Source of the DNA: Phycisphaerae bacterium
GTDB lineage: Bacteria; Planctomycetota; Phycisphaerae; Phycisphaerales; SM1A02
Assembly (NCBI GenBank): GCA_016795035.1
Contig: JAEUIT010000010.1
Coordinates: 13,811-77,810 of the forward strand
DNA length: 64,000 bases
Reading direction: 5' to 3'
A program made the translations under genes and the position numbers. Below, piece after piece: positions 54,882-64,000 of the stretch; within the stretch, counting starts at the first letter, position 1; each line of letters begins with the position of its first letter. A model generated the notes under the pieces. The model was not told the origin of the DNA and did not search any database. It saw only the letters and a list, made by a program, of their open reading frames with translations.

Positions 54882-56192
54882 ATGCCCTCTCGCATCGTCA
54901 TCCTCGGCGGCGGATTCGGCGGCCTCTACGCGGCCCTTGCCTTCGAGAAGGCGCTTCGCCGCCGCGATGATCTCGAAGTGGTCCTCGTGAATGAGGACAA
55001 CTTCTTTCTCTTCACTCCGATGCTGCATGAGGTCGCCGCGAGCGATCTCGACGTCACGACGATCGTGAACCCCATCCGCAAGCTCGTCTCGCGGGTGCGC
55101 TTCTTCTGCGGAACCTGCCGCGAGGTCGATCTCGAGCGGTCGACGGTGCGCCTCGTCCACGGCGACGACGGCCACGACCATGAGGTCGCATTCGATCACC
55201 TCATCTGCGCGCTCGGCTCCGTGACCAACTTCCACGGCGTTCCCGGCCTCGAGCGCCACGCACTGACGATGAAGTCGCTGGGCGACGCGATCGCGGTCCG
55301 TAACCGCGTCATCGCGTCGCTTGAGGAAGCGGACTTCGAGTGCTGCGCCTCGCAGCGGTCGCGGCTCCTGACGTTCGTCGTTGCAGGCGGAGGATTCGCC
55401 GGCGTCGAGACGGCCGCGTCGATCAACGACTTCCTGCACGAGGCGCTCGCCTTCTATCCGAACCTCACGCGTGCCGAGTGCCGCGTCGAGCTCGTGCATT
55501 CCGGCGATGTCATCCTGCCCGAACTGCGCGGGTCGCTCGGCGAGTACGCGCAGCGCAAGCTCGGCGAGCGCGGCGTCACGATCCGGACGGGCGTGCGCGT
55601 CGCCGGCTACGACGAGGGACGCACCGTGCGCCTCTCAAACGGCGAGTCGTTCGAGGCGGGCACGCTGATCTGGACCGCGGGCACGGCGGCGCATCCCTTG
55701 TGCTCGTCGTTGCCGTGCGCCCGCGAGCGAGGACGCCTGAAGGTCGACGGCTCGCTTCGCGTCGAAGGCACGACGAACGTGTGGGCGCTCGGCGACTGCG
55801 CGCTTGTGCCGAACGTCGCGCGAGGCGGTTTCCATCCGCCGACGGCGCAGCACGCGATCCGCGAAGGGACGCACGTCGCACGCAACGTGCTCGCGGCGCT
55901 CGATGGCCGCGCGCCGACGCCATTTCGATTCCGCACGATCGGCCAGCTCGCGTCGCTCGGCCGCCGCACCGGCGTCGCCAACATCCTCGGCGTCAACTTC
56001 TCCGGCTTCATCGCCTGGTGGATGTGGCGCACGATCTATCTCGCGAAGCTTCCGCGTTTCGAGAAGAAGGTGCGCGTCGCGCTCGACTGGACGCTCGACG
56101 TCCTCTTCTCGAAGGACCTCGTGCAGCTGCGTGCGGCGACCCGCGTGGCGCCGCCATCGGAGGCGGTGCGGATCCTCGCCGAATCGACCTGA
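54882..56192 (+). CDS. ndh: type II NADH dehydrogenase (NDH-2) / FAD-dependent pyridine nucleotide-disulfide oxidoreductase
   Basis: ATG 54882. RIVILGGGFGGLY, FVVAGGGFAGVE and WALGDCA motifs. C-terminal membrane-anchoring helix. Confidence 0.88.
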   Translation: MPSRIVILGGGFGGLYAALAFEKALRRRDDLEVVLVNEDNFFLFTPMLHEVAASDLDVTTIVNPIRKLVSRVRFFCGTCREVDLERSTVRLVHGDDGHDHEVAFDHLICALGSVTNFHGVPGLERHALTMKSLGDAIAVRNRVIASLEEADFECCASQRSRLLTFVVAGGGFAGVETAASINDFLHEALAFYPNLTRAECRVELVHSGDVILPELRGSLGEYAQRKLGERGVTIRTGVRVAGYDEGRTVRLSNGESFEAGTLIWTAGTAAHPLCSSLPCARERGRLKVDGSLRVEGTTNVWALGDCALVPNVARGGFHPPTAQHAIREGTHVARNVLAALDGRAPTPFRFRTIGQLASLGRRTGVANILGVNFSGFIAWWMWRTIYLAKLPRFEKKVRVALDWTLDVLFSKDLVQLRAATRVAPPSEAVRILAEST

Positions 56193-56233
56193 TCGCGCCG
56201 TGACCTTCGCCTTGGCCGCGCATCCAACGCCGT

Positions 56234-58903
56234 ATGCAACGCACCTGCAACGCGGAATCGTGTCGGCTCGAAGACGACGGCGCTCGACGGGCGAATTGGA
56301 AGCGATGGGGGCCCTATCTCGCCGACCGACAGTGGGGCACGGTGCGCGAGGACTACTCGGCCGACGGCGACTGCTGGAACCATGTCTCGCACGACGCGGC
56401 CCGAAGCCGCGCGTACCGCTGGGGCGAGGACGGGCTCTTTGGCTTCAGCGACCGGCAGTGCCGGATGTGCCTCTCGTTCGCGCTGTGGAACGAGCGAGAT
56501 CCGATTCTCAAGGAACGCCTCTTCGGACTGACGAACGGCGAGGGAAACCACGGCGAGGACGTCAAGGAGGCGTACTACTTCCTCGACGGCACGCCGACGC
56601 ACTCGTACATGCGGGCGCTCTACAAGTATCCGCAGCGGGCGTTCCCCTATGACGAACTGGTCCGCGAGAATCGCCGCCGCGGCGTCTTCGAGCGCGAGTT
56701 CGAGATCGGCGACGCGGGCGCGTTCGACGACGACCGCTACTTCGACGTGACGATCGAGTGGGCGAAGGCGTCCGAGGAGGACCTCGTGCTGCGTCTCACC
56801 GTCGCGAACGCCGGTCCCGACTCGGCGCGGCTGCATGTCCTTCCCACCCTCTGGTTCCGAAACACGTGGAGCTGGGGGCGCGTCGGCGAGGAGGGGCACG
56901 ATGCAAAGCCGGTGCTCAGGCAGGCGTCCGATGGAGTCGTCGAGGCGGAGCATCCGTCGCTCGGGCGGTATCGCTTCGAGGTGCTCGAGTCGGCGGACGT
57001 CGCGCCTGACTTCCTCTTCACGGAGAACGAGACGAACGCGGCGCGGCTCTTCGGCGCGGCCAATGCCGCGCCGTACGTGAAGGACGCCTTCCATGCCCGT
57101 GTCGTCGACGGCCGGCGCGACGCGACGAACCCGGCCAACGTGGGAACGAAGTGCGCGGCGCACCTCGTTCTCGACATCCCGGCCGGTGCGTCGCGACAGG
57201 TCACCGTTCGCCTCGTCGCATCCGGTGAGCCAGCGCGCCTCGACGCCGAGCGGGTCATCGAGGCGCGGCGATCCGAGGCCGATGCCTTCTATGCCGAACG
57301 ACTGGGAAGCGCCGTATCCGCCGAGGAGGCGCGCGTCGCCCGGCAGGCGTACGCGGGGCTTCTCTGGTCGAAGAAGTTCTATCACTACTCGCTCACGCAG
57401 TGGCTCGGCGGCGACCCAGGGCAGCCGGCGCCGCCTGCAACGCGGAGAGCGGGTCGCAACGCGGAGTGGACGCACCTCTACAACCGCGACATCCTCTCGA
57501 TGCCCGACGCGTGGGAGTACCCGTGGTACGCGGCCTGGGACCTCGCCTTCCACATGATCCCGTTCGCGCGGATCGATCCGGCGTTCGCGAAGGAGCAACT
57601 GCTCCTACTTCTTCGCGAGTGGTACATGCATCCGAACGGCCAGATGCCGGCCTACGAGTTCGCGTTTGGCGACGTCAATCCGCCCGTGCACGCGTGGGCC
57701 TGCCTCGAGGTCTACCGCATCGGCGCGCGGGAGGGCAGGGCCGACCGCGCGTTTCTGGCCCGCGCGTTCCAGAAACTCCTCATCAACTTCACCTGGTGGG
57801 TGAACCGGAAGGACGTTTCCGGAAAGCACGTCTTCGCGGGCGGATTCCTCGGGCTCGACAACATCGGCGTGTTCGACCGTTCGCGACCGCTTCCCACCGG
57901 CGGCTCGTTGGAGCAGGCCGACGGCACGGCGTGGATGGCGTTCTATTGCGCGACGATGCTGGCGATCGCGCTCGAGCTCGCTCGCGTCGATGCGAGCTAC
58001 GAGGACGTCGCGAGCAAGTTCTTCGAGCACTTCATCGCCATCGCCGACGCGATGAACGGCCTCGGCGGCACGGGCCTCTGGGACGACCACGACGGCTTCT
58101 ATTACGACCAGCTCCAGGTCGACGGGACCCGCATGCCGCTCAAGGTGCGGTCGATGGTCGGTCTCCTTCCGCTGATCGCGTGTCTCGTCCTCGAGGAGGA
58201 CACCATCTCCGCGTTGCCGGGCTTCGCCAAGCGCATGCGCTGGTTCGTCGAGAATCGCGCCGACCTCGCCCGCTCGATCGCGTACCTCGAGTCTGCACCG
58301 GAGGGCGCCGGGACGCACGCCCATCACCTCCTCGCGATTCCGTCGCGGGAGCGACTCGAGCGCGTCCTGCGTCCGCTTCTCGACGAAAGCGAGTTCCTCG
58401 CGCCGCACGGCCTCCGCAGCGTCTCCCGGGCGCATCGCGACCGACCCTTCGTGTACCGCACCGTGGACGGGGACGAGTTCCGCGTCGACTACGTTTCGGG
58501 CGAATCGACGAGCGGGCTCTTCGGCGGCAACTCGAACTGGCGCGGACCGATTTGGTTTCCCGTCAACTACCTCCTCATCGAGGCGCTCGAGCGCTACGGC
58601 CATTTCTACGGCGACACGCTGACGGTCGAGTGCCCGAGCGGATCGGGACGCCGCCGTACGCTCGACGAGGTCGCCGCCGACCTGCGGCGCCGACTCATTT
58701 CGCTCTTCCTGCCCGCGGAGGGGGGCCGCCCGTGCCATGGCGGGGATTCGCGTCACGCGTCCGATCCGCGCTGGCGCGATCTCGTCCTCTTTCACGAGTA
58801 CTTCGATGGCGACACCGGTCGCGGCCTCGGCGCGAGTCACCAGACCGGATGGACGGCGCTCGTCGCCTCGCTGATTCGCGATCGTGCGACGCCCGGGGCG
58901 TGA
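56234..58903 (+). CDS. GH63-like (MGH1-like) glucosidase
   Basis: WKRWGPYLADRQWGTVREDYSADGDCWNHVSHDAARSRAYRWGEDG N-terminus and a C-terminal (alpha/alpha)6 region (YPWYAAWDLAFH, GGFLGLDNIGVFDRS, NWRGPIWFPVNYLLIEAL). Confidence 0.88.
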   Translation: MQRTCNAESCRLEDDGARRANWKRWGPYLADRQWGTVREDYSADGDCWNHVSHDAARSRAYRWGEDGLFGFSDRQCRMCLSFALWNERDPILKERLFGLTNGEGNHGEDVKEAYYFLDGTPTHSYMRALYKYPQRAFPYDELVRENRRRGVFEREFEIGDAGAFDDDRYFDVTIEWAKASEEDLVLRLTVANAGPDSARLHVLPTLWFRNTWSWGRVGEEGHDAKPVLRQASDGVVEAEHPSLGRYRFEVLESADVAPDFLFTENETNAARLFGAANAAPYVKDAFHARVVDGRRDATNPANVGTKCAAHLVLDIPAGASRQVTVRLVASGEPARLDAERVIEARRSEADAFYAERLGSAVSAEEARVARQAYAGLLWSKKFYHYSLTQWLGGDPGQPAPPATRRAGRNAEWTHLYNRDILSMPDAWEYPWYAAWDLAFHMIPFARIDPAFAKEQLLLLLREWYMHPNGQMPAYEFAFGDVNPPVHAWACLEVYRIGAREGRADRAFLARAFQKLLINFTWWVNRKDVSGKHVFAGGFLGLDNIGVFDRSRPLPTGGSLEQADGTAWMAFYCATMLAIALELARVDASYEDVASKFFEHFIAIADAMNGLGGTGLWDDHDGFYYDQLQVDGTRMPLKVRSMVGLLPLIACLVLEEDTISALPGFAKRMRWFVENRADLARSIAYLESAPEGAGTHAHHLLAIPSRERLERVLRPLLDESEFLAPHGLRSVSRAHRDRPFVYRTVDGDEFRVDYVSGESTSGLFGGNSNWRGPIWFPVNYLLIEALERYGHFYGDTLTVECPSGSGRRRTLDEVAADLRRRLISLFLPAEGGRPCHGGDSRHASDPRWRDLVLFHEYFDGDTGRGLGASHQTGWTALVASLIRDRATPGA

Positions 58904-58936
58904 GTGCGCCGGCCGGGTTCCTCTATCCTCCACGTC

Positions 58937-60808
58937 GTGTCCACCCAGATCCTCGGCATCGACCTCGGCACCACGAACTCGCTCGTCGCGATCTGCGACG
59001 AACGCGGCCCGCGCGTGCTGCGCGACGAGGACGGTCACGCGCTCGTCCCGAGCGTGGTGCGATTCGGAACGCGCGGCGAGGTCGTGGCCGTCGGGCGCGA
59101 GGCGCTCGCGCACGCGGTCGAGTTTCCGCGGGAGACCGTCTATAGCGCGAAGCGCCTCGTCGGCCGAAGCGCCACGGAGATCGGCGAGGTCGCGGCGCGC
59201 TTGCCGTATCGCGTCGTGCCCGGGCCCCGCGGCATCGCCGCGATCGAGGTTCCGACCAGCGCCGGCTCCGCGCTCGTGACGCCGCAGGAAGTCGCGGCCC
59301 ACGTTCTCGCGCGCCTCAAGACGATCGCCGAGCGCGAGCTGCAACACGGAGTCTCGAAGGCCGTCATCACCGTGCCCGCCTACTTCGACGACGGGCAGCG
59401 CCAGGCAACCCGCGACGCCGCCCGCCTCGCGGGGCTCGAGGCGGTGCGCATCGTCAACGAGCCGACCGCCGCGAGCCTCGCCTACGGGCTGGGCCGGCCG
59501 GCGTCGCGCGGGCCCCGGAAGGCCGAGCGCATCGCGGTCTATGACTTCGGCGGCGGCACCTTCGACATCTCGATCCTCGAGATCTCGAGCGACGAGAGCG
59601 CCGCCGGCGGCGATCTCTTCCAGGTCCTCGCGACGGCAGGGGACACCGCGCTCGGCGGCGACGACATCGACCGCGCGATCATCGATCTCGTCATGCGCGA
59701 GATCCGCGAGACCTTCGGCGCCGCGCTCGACTTTCCGCCGAGCGCGCGGCAGGCGCTTCGCCAGTTCGCCGAAGGCGCGAAGGTCGCGCTCTCCGAGCGC
59801 GAGACGACGACGCTCGAAGTCGGGTTGGGAACCGGACGCACCTATCGCCGTACGCTGACCCGCGCCGATCTCGAGGCGCTCGCCGCGCCGTTCGTCGAGC
59901 GCACGCTCGTCTCGTGCCGGCGCGCGCTCGCCGACTCTGGCTGCAACGTCGAGTCGATCGACCGCGTGGTGCTCGTCGGCGGCTCGACGCGCATGCCGAT
60001 CGTGCGGCGCGAGGTGGAGCGGGTCTTCGGCAAGGTGCCGTACACCGCGCTCAATCCCGACGAGGTCGTCGCGCTCGGCGCGGCGGTGCAGGCGGCGATT
60101 CTCGCGGGCGACCGGCGCGACCTCCTTCTCTTCGACGTGCTGCCGCTCTCCCTCGGGATCGAGACGGTGGGCGGCGCGGTCGCGAAACTCCTGATGCGGA
60201 ACGCGACCGTTCCGGCGCGGGCGAAGGAGATGTTCTCGACGTCGGTCGACGGCCAGACGAACGTGAAGATCCACGTGATGCAAGGCGAGCGCGAGCTCGT
60301 GCAGCACTGCCGCAGCCTCGGGCAGTTCGAGCTGCGCGGTATCCCTCCGATGCCCGCGGGAATCCCGCAGGTCGAGGTCGAATTCCTCGTCGACCAGAAC
60401 GGCGTCCTCGACGTGAGCGCGGTCGAGCGGCGAAGCGGCCGACGAGCGTCGATCCAGGTCGTGCCGAGCTACGGCCTGACCCGCGACGAGGTCGATCGGA
60501 TCGAGGCGGAGAGCTTCCGTCACGCCCGCGAGGACATGCACGTCCATCGCGTCATCGACCTCCGGGTCAATGCGGCGCTCGACCTCAAGTGGATTGAGAC
60601 GGCCTTGGCGAGGGTGCGCGGCGAACTTCCGGCTGCAACGGTGGCCGAGGTCGAGGCCCGGATGGACGAGGTGCGCTCGTTCCTTGCGGCCGCCGACCGG
60701 GACGCGGCCTCGGTCGACGCCAATTGCTTTCACCAGGCGAAGGACGCCCTCGATCGGGCGAGCGTGCCGGTGCACGAGAAGGCGATCGCCCAATCGCTCC
60801 GGAGTTGA
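58937..60808 (+). CDS. Hsp70 family chaperone, HscA-like
   Basis: GTG 58937 gives (M)[17 protein letters not shown]. Also [33 protein letters not shown] and [10 protein letters not shown]. No hscB/iscU in the window. Confidence 0.88.
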   Translation: MSTQILGIDLGTTNSLVAICDERGPRVLRDEDGHALVPSVVRFGTRGEVVAVGREALAHAVEFPRETVYSAKRLVGRSATEIGEVAARLPYRVVPGPRGIAAIEVPTSAGSALVTPQEVAAHVLARLKTIAERELQHGVSKAVITVPAYFDDGQRQATRDAARLAGLEAVRIVNEPTAASLAYGLGRPASRGPRKAERIAVYDFGGGTFDISILEISSDESAAGGDLFQVLATAGDTALGGDDIDRAIIDLVMREIRETFGAALDFPPSARQALRQFAEGAKVALSERETTTLEVGLGTGRTYRRTLTRADLEALAAPFVERTLVSCRRALADSGCNVESIDRVVLVGGSTRMPIVRREVERVFGKVPYTALNPDEVVALGAAVQAAILAGDRRDLLLFDVLPLSLGIETVGGAVAKLLMRNATVPARAKEMFSTSVDGQTNVKIHVMQGERELVQHCRSLGQFELRGIPPMPAGIPQVEVEFLVDQNGVLDVSAVERRSGRRASIQVVPSYGLTRDEVDRIEAESFRHAREDMHVHRVIDLRVNAALDLKWIETALARVRGELPAATVAEVEARMDEVRSFLAAADRDAASVDANCFHQAKDALDRASVPVHEKAIAQSLRS

Positions 60809-60964
60809 CGGCTGCCCGTCCTTCGTGCGGGCCGCCCGCACCGTACACTCCGCGCCTGAAGGCGAGCGACGCTGCGTCCGCGTCGACCGCCGGAGCATTT
60901 CCGCCGACTCGTTCGGCTCACGACCCTTCGTGAGTCGGATGTCCGCCGAGTCGGTTCGGCTTCG

Positions 60965-61564
60965 ATGGACCTCACGCGCACGACCACGGCCCTCTTGGTG
61001 GGACTCCACGATTCGGCGAACGAGCCGGCGTGGGAGGAGTTCGACCATCGCTATCGCCCGATCCTGCTCGGCTTCGCCCGCAACCTCGGGCTCAGCGACG
61101 AGGACTCGGCCGACATCGCGCAGGAGACGCTCGTGCGCTTCGTGCAGGACTATCGCGAAGGCAAGTACGACCGCTCGAAGGGGCGACTCGGCGCGTGGCT
61201 CGTCGGCATCGCCCGCTATCGCATCCTCGACCTGCGTCGCCATCGCGCGAACCACTACGAGGTCAACGCCGACTTCGACCTGCTCGATCCCGTCAAGTCC
61301 GACCAACTGCAGGCGGTGTGGGACGGCGAGCATCGCAAGGCGATCCTGCGCGAGGCGATGAAGGAGTTGCGCTCGACGAGCCGCACCGACGAACGGACGA
61401 TCCGCGCGTTCGAGCTCGTCGCGGCGCACGGCCGCTCGCCGCAGCAGGTCGCCGAAGAGTTAGGCATGTCGGTCCATGACGTCTATCTCGCGAAGAGTCG
61501 CGTGAGCCAGAAACTCCGCGAAATCGTCGACCGCCTCGAGAAGGTCTTCGCCGAGGGAGCGTGA
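60965..61564 (+). CDS. ECF sigma factor translationally coupled to a Ser/Thr kinase
   Basis: Region 2 (DSADIAQETLVRFVQDY...GAWLVGIARYRILDLRR) and region 4 (RTIRAFELVAAHGRSPQQVAEELGMSVHDVYLAKSRV). The stop shares one nt with the ATG of the kinase at 61564. Confidence 0.88.
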   Translation: MDLTRTTTALLVGLHDSANEPAWEEFDHRYRPILLGFARNLGLSDEDSADIAQETLVRFVQDYREGKYDRSKGRLGAWLVGIARYRILDLRRHRANHYEVNADFDLLDPVKSDQLQAVWDGEHRKAILREAMKELRSTSRTDERTIRAFELVAAHGRSPQQVAEELGMSVHDVYLAKSRVSQKLREIVDRLEKVFAEGA

Positions 61565-64000
61565 TGGCCGACGAGGGAACGCCGAGGAGGAAGGAGCCTC
61601 CACCGCGAACCTTCGCGGGAGACGATGCACCGACGATCGACTCGGCGTCGGCGCCGGCGCCGTTCGATCCGGACGTGACGCAGGCCGATCCGCGGAGCGC
61701 CGTGCCGCCGCCGTCCCATCCGGGCGTGTCGCGTCCGCCCGCGTCGCGGGCGCCGACCTACGGCGACGACGTCACCGTCCCCGGCTGCCCGAACCGCGGG
61801 CAACTCGAGCTCTTCGCGTCGAAGTCGCGCGCGGAGCAGGACTCCGACGCGCCGATCTCGCATCACCTCTCGATGTGCCCGGTCTGCCGCGAGGTCGTGC
61901 GGCAACTCTCCGCCGACAACAACCTGATCGCCGAGTACGTGCACGCGAACCGGGGTCGCTTCGATCCGGTCTCGCCCTTGTCGGCGTCGGTCTTCGGCGA
62001 CGATCCCCTGAGCGCCGGCCCGTTCGCCGGGTCGGGCTCGCCGGCCGAGGTCGTGCCCGGCTTCCGCATCGAGGGCGAGATCCATCGCGGCGCCCAGGGC
62101 GTCGTCTATCGCGCGGAGCAGCTTTCGACGCGCCGACGCGTCGCGCTCAAGACCTTGCTGCAGGGCAAGTTCGCCACGAGCCGGCAGCGCCAGCGCTTCG
62201 AGCGCGAGGTCGAAGTCGTCGCGAGCCTGCGCCATCCGAACATCGTCACGCTCTTCGAGTCGGGGCGCACCCGCGACGGCCTGATGTTCTTCGCGATGGA
62301 GCTCGTCGCGGGCGGGCCGCTGAGCGATGTCCTCCGCGCGACCGAGAAGCCGTCGCGCGAGAAACTCCTCTCGATGTTCCTCGCGATCGTGCGCGCGATC
62401 GCGTACGCGCACCAGCGCGGCGTCATTCACCGCGACCTGAAGCCGGGCAACATCCTCATCGACGAGGAATTGGTCCCGCACGTCCTCGACTTCGGCCTCG
62501 CCCGCACCGCGCGCGGCGACGAGACGCAGGAGGCGATCGAGACGACCGCCGCGGGCGAATTCCTCGGCACGTTCGCGTACGCGGCGCCCGAGCAACTGAA
62601 GGGCGATCCCGACCTTATCGACGTCCGCACCGACGTCTTCGCGCTTGGCGTGATCCTCTACGAACTCCTCGCGGGGCAGCGCCCGTGGCAGTTGCAGGGG
62701 CGCGTCTCGATCGCCGACCTCCTCATCGCGCGGCTTGAGCAGGCGCCGAAGCCGCCGTCCGAGCTGCAGCCGGGGATCGACAAGGACCTCGACATCATCA
62801 CGCTCACGTGCCTGAAGTCGCGGCCCGAGGAGCGCTATCAGACCGCCGCCGCGCTTGCCGAGGACATCGAGCGCTTCCTCCGCGGCGAGCCGATCCTCGC
62901 GCGGCGCGACTCCGCGTGGTACGTCGCGCGGAAGTGGGTCGCGCGGCACAAGGTCGCGACGACGACCGCCACCGGCTTCGCGCTTGTCGTCGTTGCAGGC
63001 ATCATCGCGCTCGTCGTCGCCTTCGGGTGGGCCGATCGCGAGCGCGTCCGTGCCGAGACCACGCTCGACGAACTCGTCACCACGCTGAAACTCTCGAACC
63101 CCGAGACCGGCATCGGCGAGATCGGGATGTCGTTCATCTGGTTCCTCGACCGGCTCAGCGAGGAATTGGACAAGCGCGCCGAGCGCCACCAGCTCGCCCT
63201 CACCGATCCCGAGCGCGCCCTCGACGACTACGAGATCTACGTCAACCTCCTGAACACCATCGAGGCGATCCAGCTCGACTTCGGCGTCGACCGGCTGTCG
63301 ACTGAGGCGCGGGCCCACCGCGAGGAGCGCTTGCTCAAGGCGCTCGCCGTCGCGAAGGAGTTGGCGACGCGGAGCGGCGAGCGGGACCACCCGGAAATCG
63401 CCGAGGCCACCCACAACCTCGCCCGCTTCCATCTCCTCAGTAAGGACACGACGAGGGCCGAGGATCTTTATCGCCAGGCGTTGGCGATCCACGAGCGGCT
63501 GCATGGCGTCGACAGCGAGGAAGGGGCGCTCACGATGCGCCACCTCGCCGCGTGCCTTCGCCAGCAGGCGCGGGCCGCGAAGGACAAGCCCGACGTTCGG
63601 AAGCGCCTGCTCGACGAAGGGGAGAATCTGCTTCTCCGCGAACAGGCGATCCACGCCCGCCGCGACAACGGGCACAACGAGGACTTCGCCGCGGCGCTCA
63701 ACGGCCTCGCGCAGATCTACGAGGAGCGCGGCGACACCGAGCGCGCCTTCGCGCTCTACTCCCGGGCGCTCGATCTCATCCGGCAGCTGACCGGCGACCG
63801 CTCCTATCGCACCGGCCGCGGCAACTACAAGCTTGGGCAGATCTACCTGAACCGCGGACAGCTCGACGACGCGCTCAAGCACTTCGAGATCGCCGTCGAC
63901 GTCGTTCCGAAGACGCGCGGCGAGGAGGCGCTGAGCGCCGTCGAAGCGCGCGGGTCGTACGCGGCGGCGCTTCTGCGGCGCGGCGGCTCGATTCCCGAAG
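61564..64000 (+). CDS. Ser/Thr protein kinase with N-terminal zf-HC2-like motif, TM helix and TPR tail (3' end outside window)
   Basis: Open frame from ATG 61564 to the window end (not in the ORF track because it lacks a stop). HHLSMCPVC at 61861-61887. Kinase motifs GAQGVVYRA, VALK, HRDLKPGNILI, DFGLAR, APEQ. TM VATTTATGFALVVVAGIIALVVAF, followed by TPR-like repeats. Confidence 0.9.
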   Translation, partial: MADEGTPRRKEPPPRTFAGDDAPTIDSASAPAPFDPDVTQADPRSAVPPPSHPGVSRPPASRAPTYGDDVTVPGCPNRGQLELFASKSRAEQDSDAPISHHLSMCPVCREVVRQLSADNNLIAEYVHANRGRFDPVSPLSASVFGDDPLSAGPFAGSGSPAEVVPGFRIEGEIHRGAQGVVYRAEQLSTRRRVALKTLLQGKFATSRQRQRFEREVEVVASLRHPNIVTLFESGRTRDGLMFFAMELVAGGPLSDVLRATEKPSREKLLSMFLAIVRAIAYAHQRGVIHRDLKPGNILIDEELVPHVLDFGLARTARGDETQEAIETTAAGEFLGTFAYAAPEQLKGDPDLIDVRTDVFALGVILYELLAGQRPWQLQGRVSIADLLIARLEQAPKPPSELQPGIDKDLDIITLTCLKSRPEERYQTAAALAEDIERFLRGEPILARRDSAWYVARKWVARHKVATTTATGFALVVVAGIIALVVAFGWADRERVRAETTLDELVTTLKLSNPETGIGEIGMSFIWFLDRLSEELDKRAERHQLALTDPERALDDYEIYVNLLNTIEAIQLDFGVDRLSTEARAHREERLLKALAVAKELATRSGERDHPEIAEATHNLARFHLLSKDTTRAEDLYRQALAIHERLHGVDSEEGALTMRHLAACLRQQARAAKDKPDVRKRLLDEGENLLLREQAIHARRDNGHNEDFAAALNGLAQIYEERGDTERAFALYSRALDLIRQLTGDRSYRTGRGNYKLGQIYLNRGQLDDALKHFEIAVDVVPKTRGEEALSAVEARGSYAAALLRRGGSIPE

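Overview
High-GC (roughly 70% by eye) bacterial chromosomal segment. It is densely coding, with about 48 supportable CDSs. I found no rRNA, tRNA or CRISPR, and no recognisable transposase, integrase or phage genes.

**Gene content.** Mostly housekeeping and metabolic genes: pyrD, kdsD-like, scpA, hppD, apt, groES, aroA, pheT, a type-II NADH dehydrogenase, an HscA-like Hsp70, glycogen-debranching and GH63-like glycosidases, and an MDR dehydrogenase / MIP channel / GMC oxidoreductase / VOC / DM13 run. These are mixed with envelope and regulatory genes:
- two ECF sigma factors
- a soluble ZAS anti-sigma factor
- an HxlR-DinB divergent pair
- a MASE1-PAS histidine kinase with an apparent frameshift
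- a giant BatA-like VWA protein
- two very large secreted proteins with dockerin-like tails
- a multicopper oxidase-SCO1 fusion coupled to a porin

Both window edges fall inside Ser/Thr kinase genes with TM + TPR tails. The gene repertoire is reminiscent of Planctomycetota, but that is inference only.

**Sequence-level structure (the most unusual signals).**
1. The asymmetric word SCTGCAACG, often extended to CTGCAACGNSGAG, occurs at least 41 times on both strands against about 2 expected. Copies lie inside conserved genes in all frames and force rare codons. This resembles a DNA-uptake-sequence-like or Chi-like genomic word.
2. A 1.4 kb non-coding island (about 6440-7860) holds about 28 same-strand copies of an 18-23 nt hairpin-forming repeat.
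3. Two tandem arrays (18905-19676 and 24160-24625) have units delimited by about 80 nt near-perfect hairpins built from GATGAACAC decamers.
4. Three copies of a heptamer-tract palindromic element (33761, 41945, 54714).

Many long ORFs in the supplied track are high-GC shadow ORFs and were not called.
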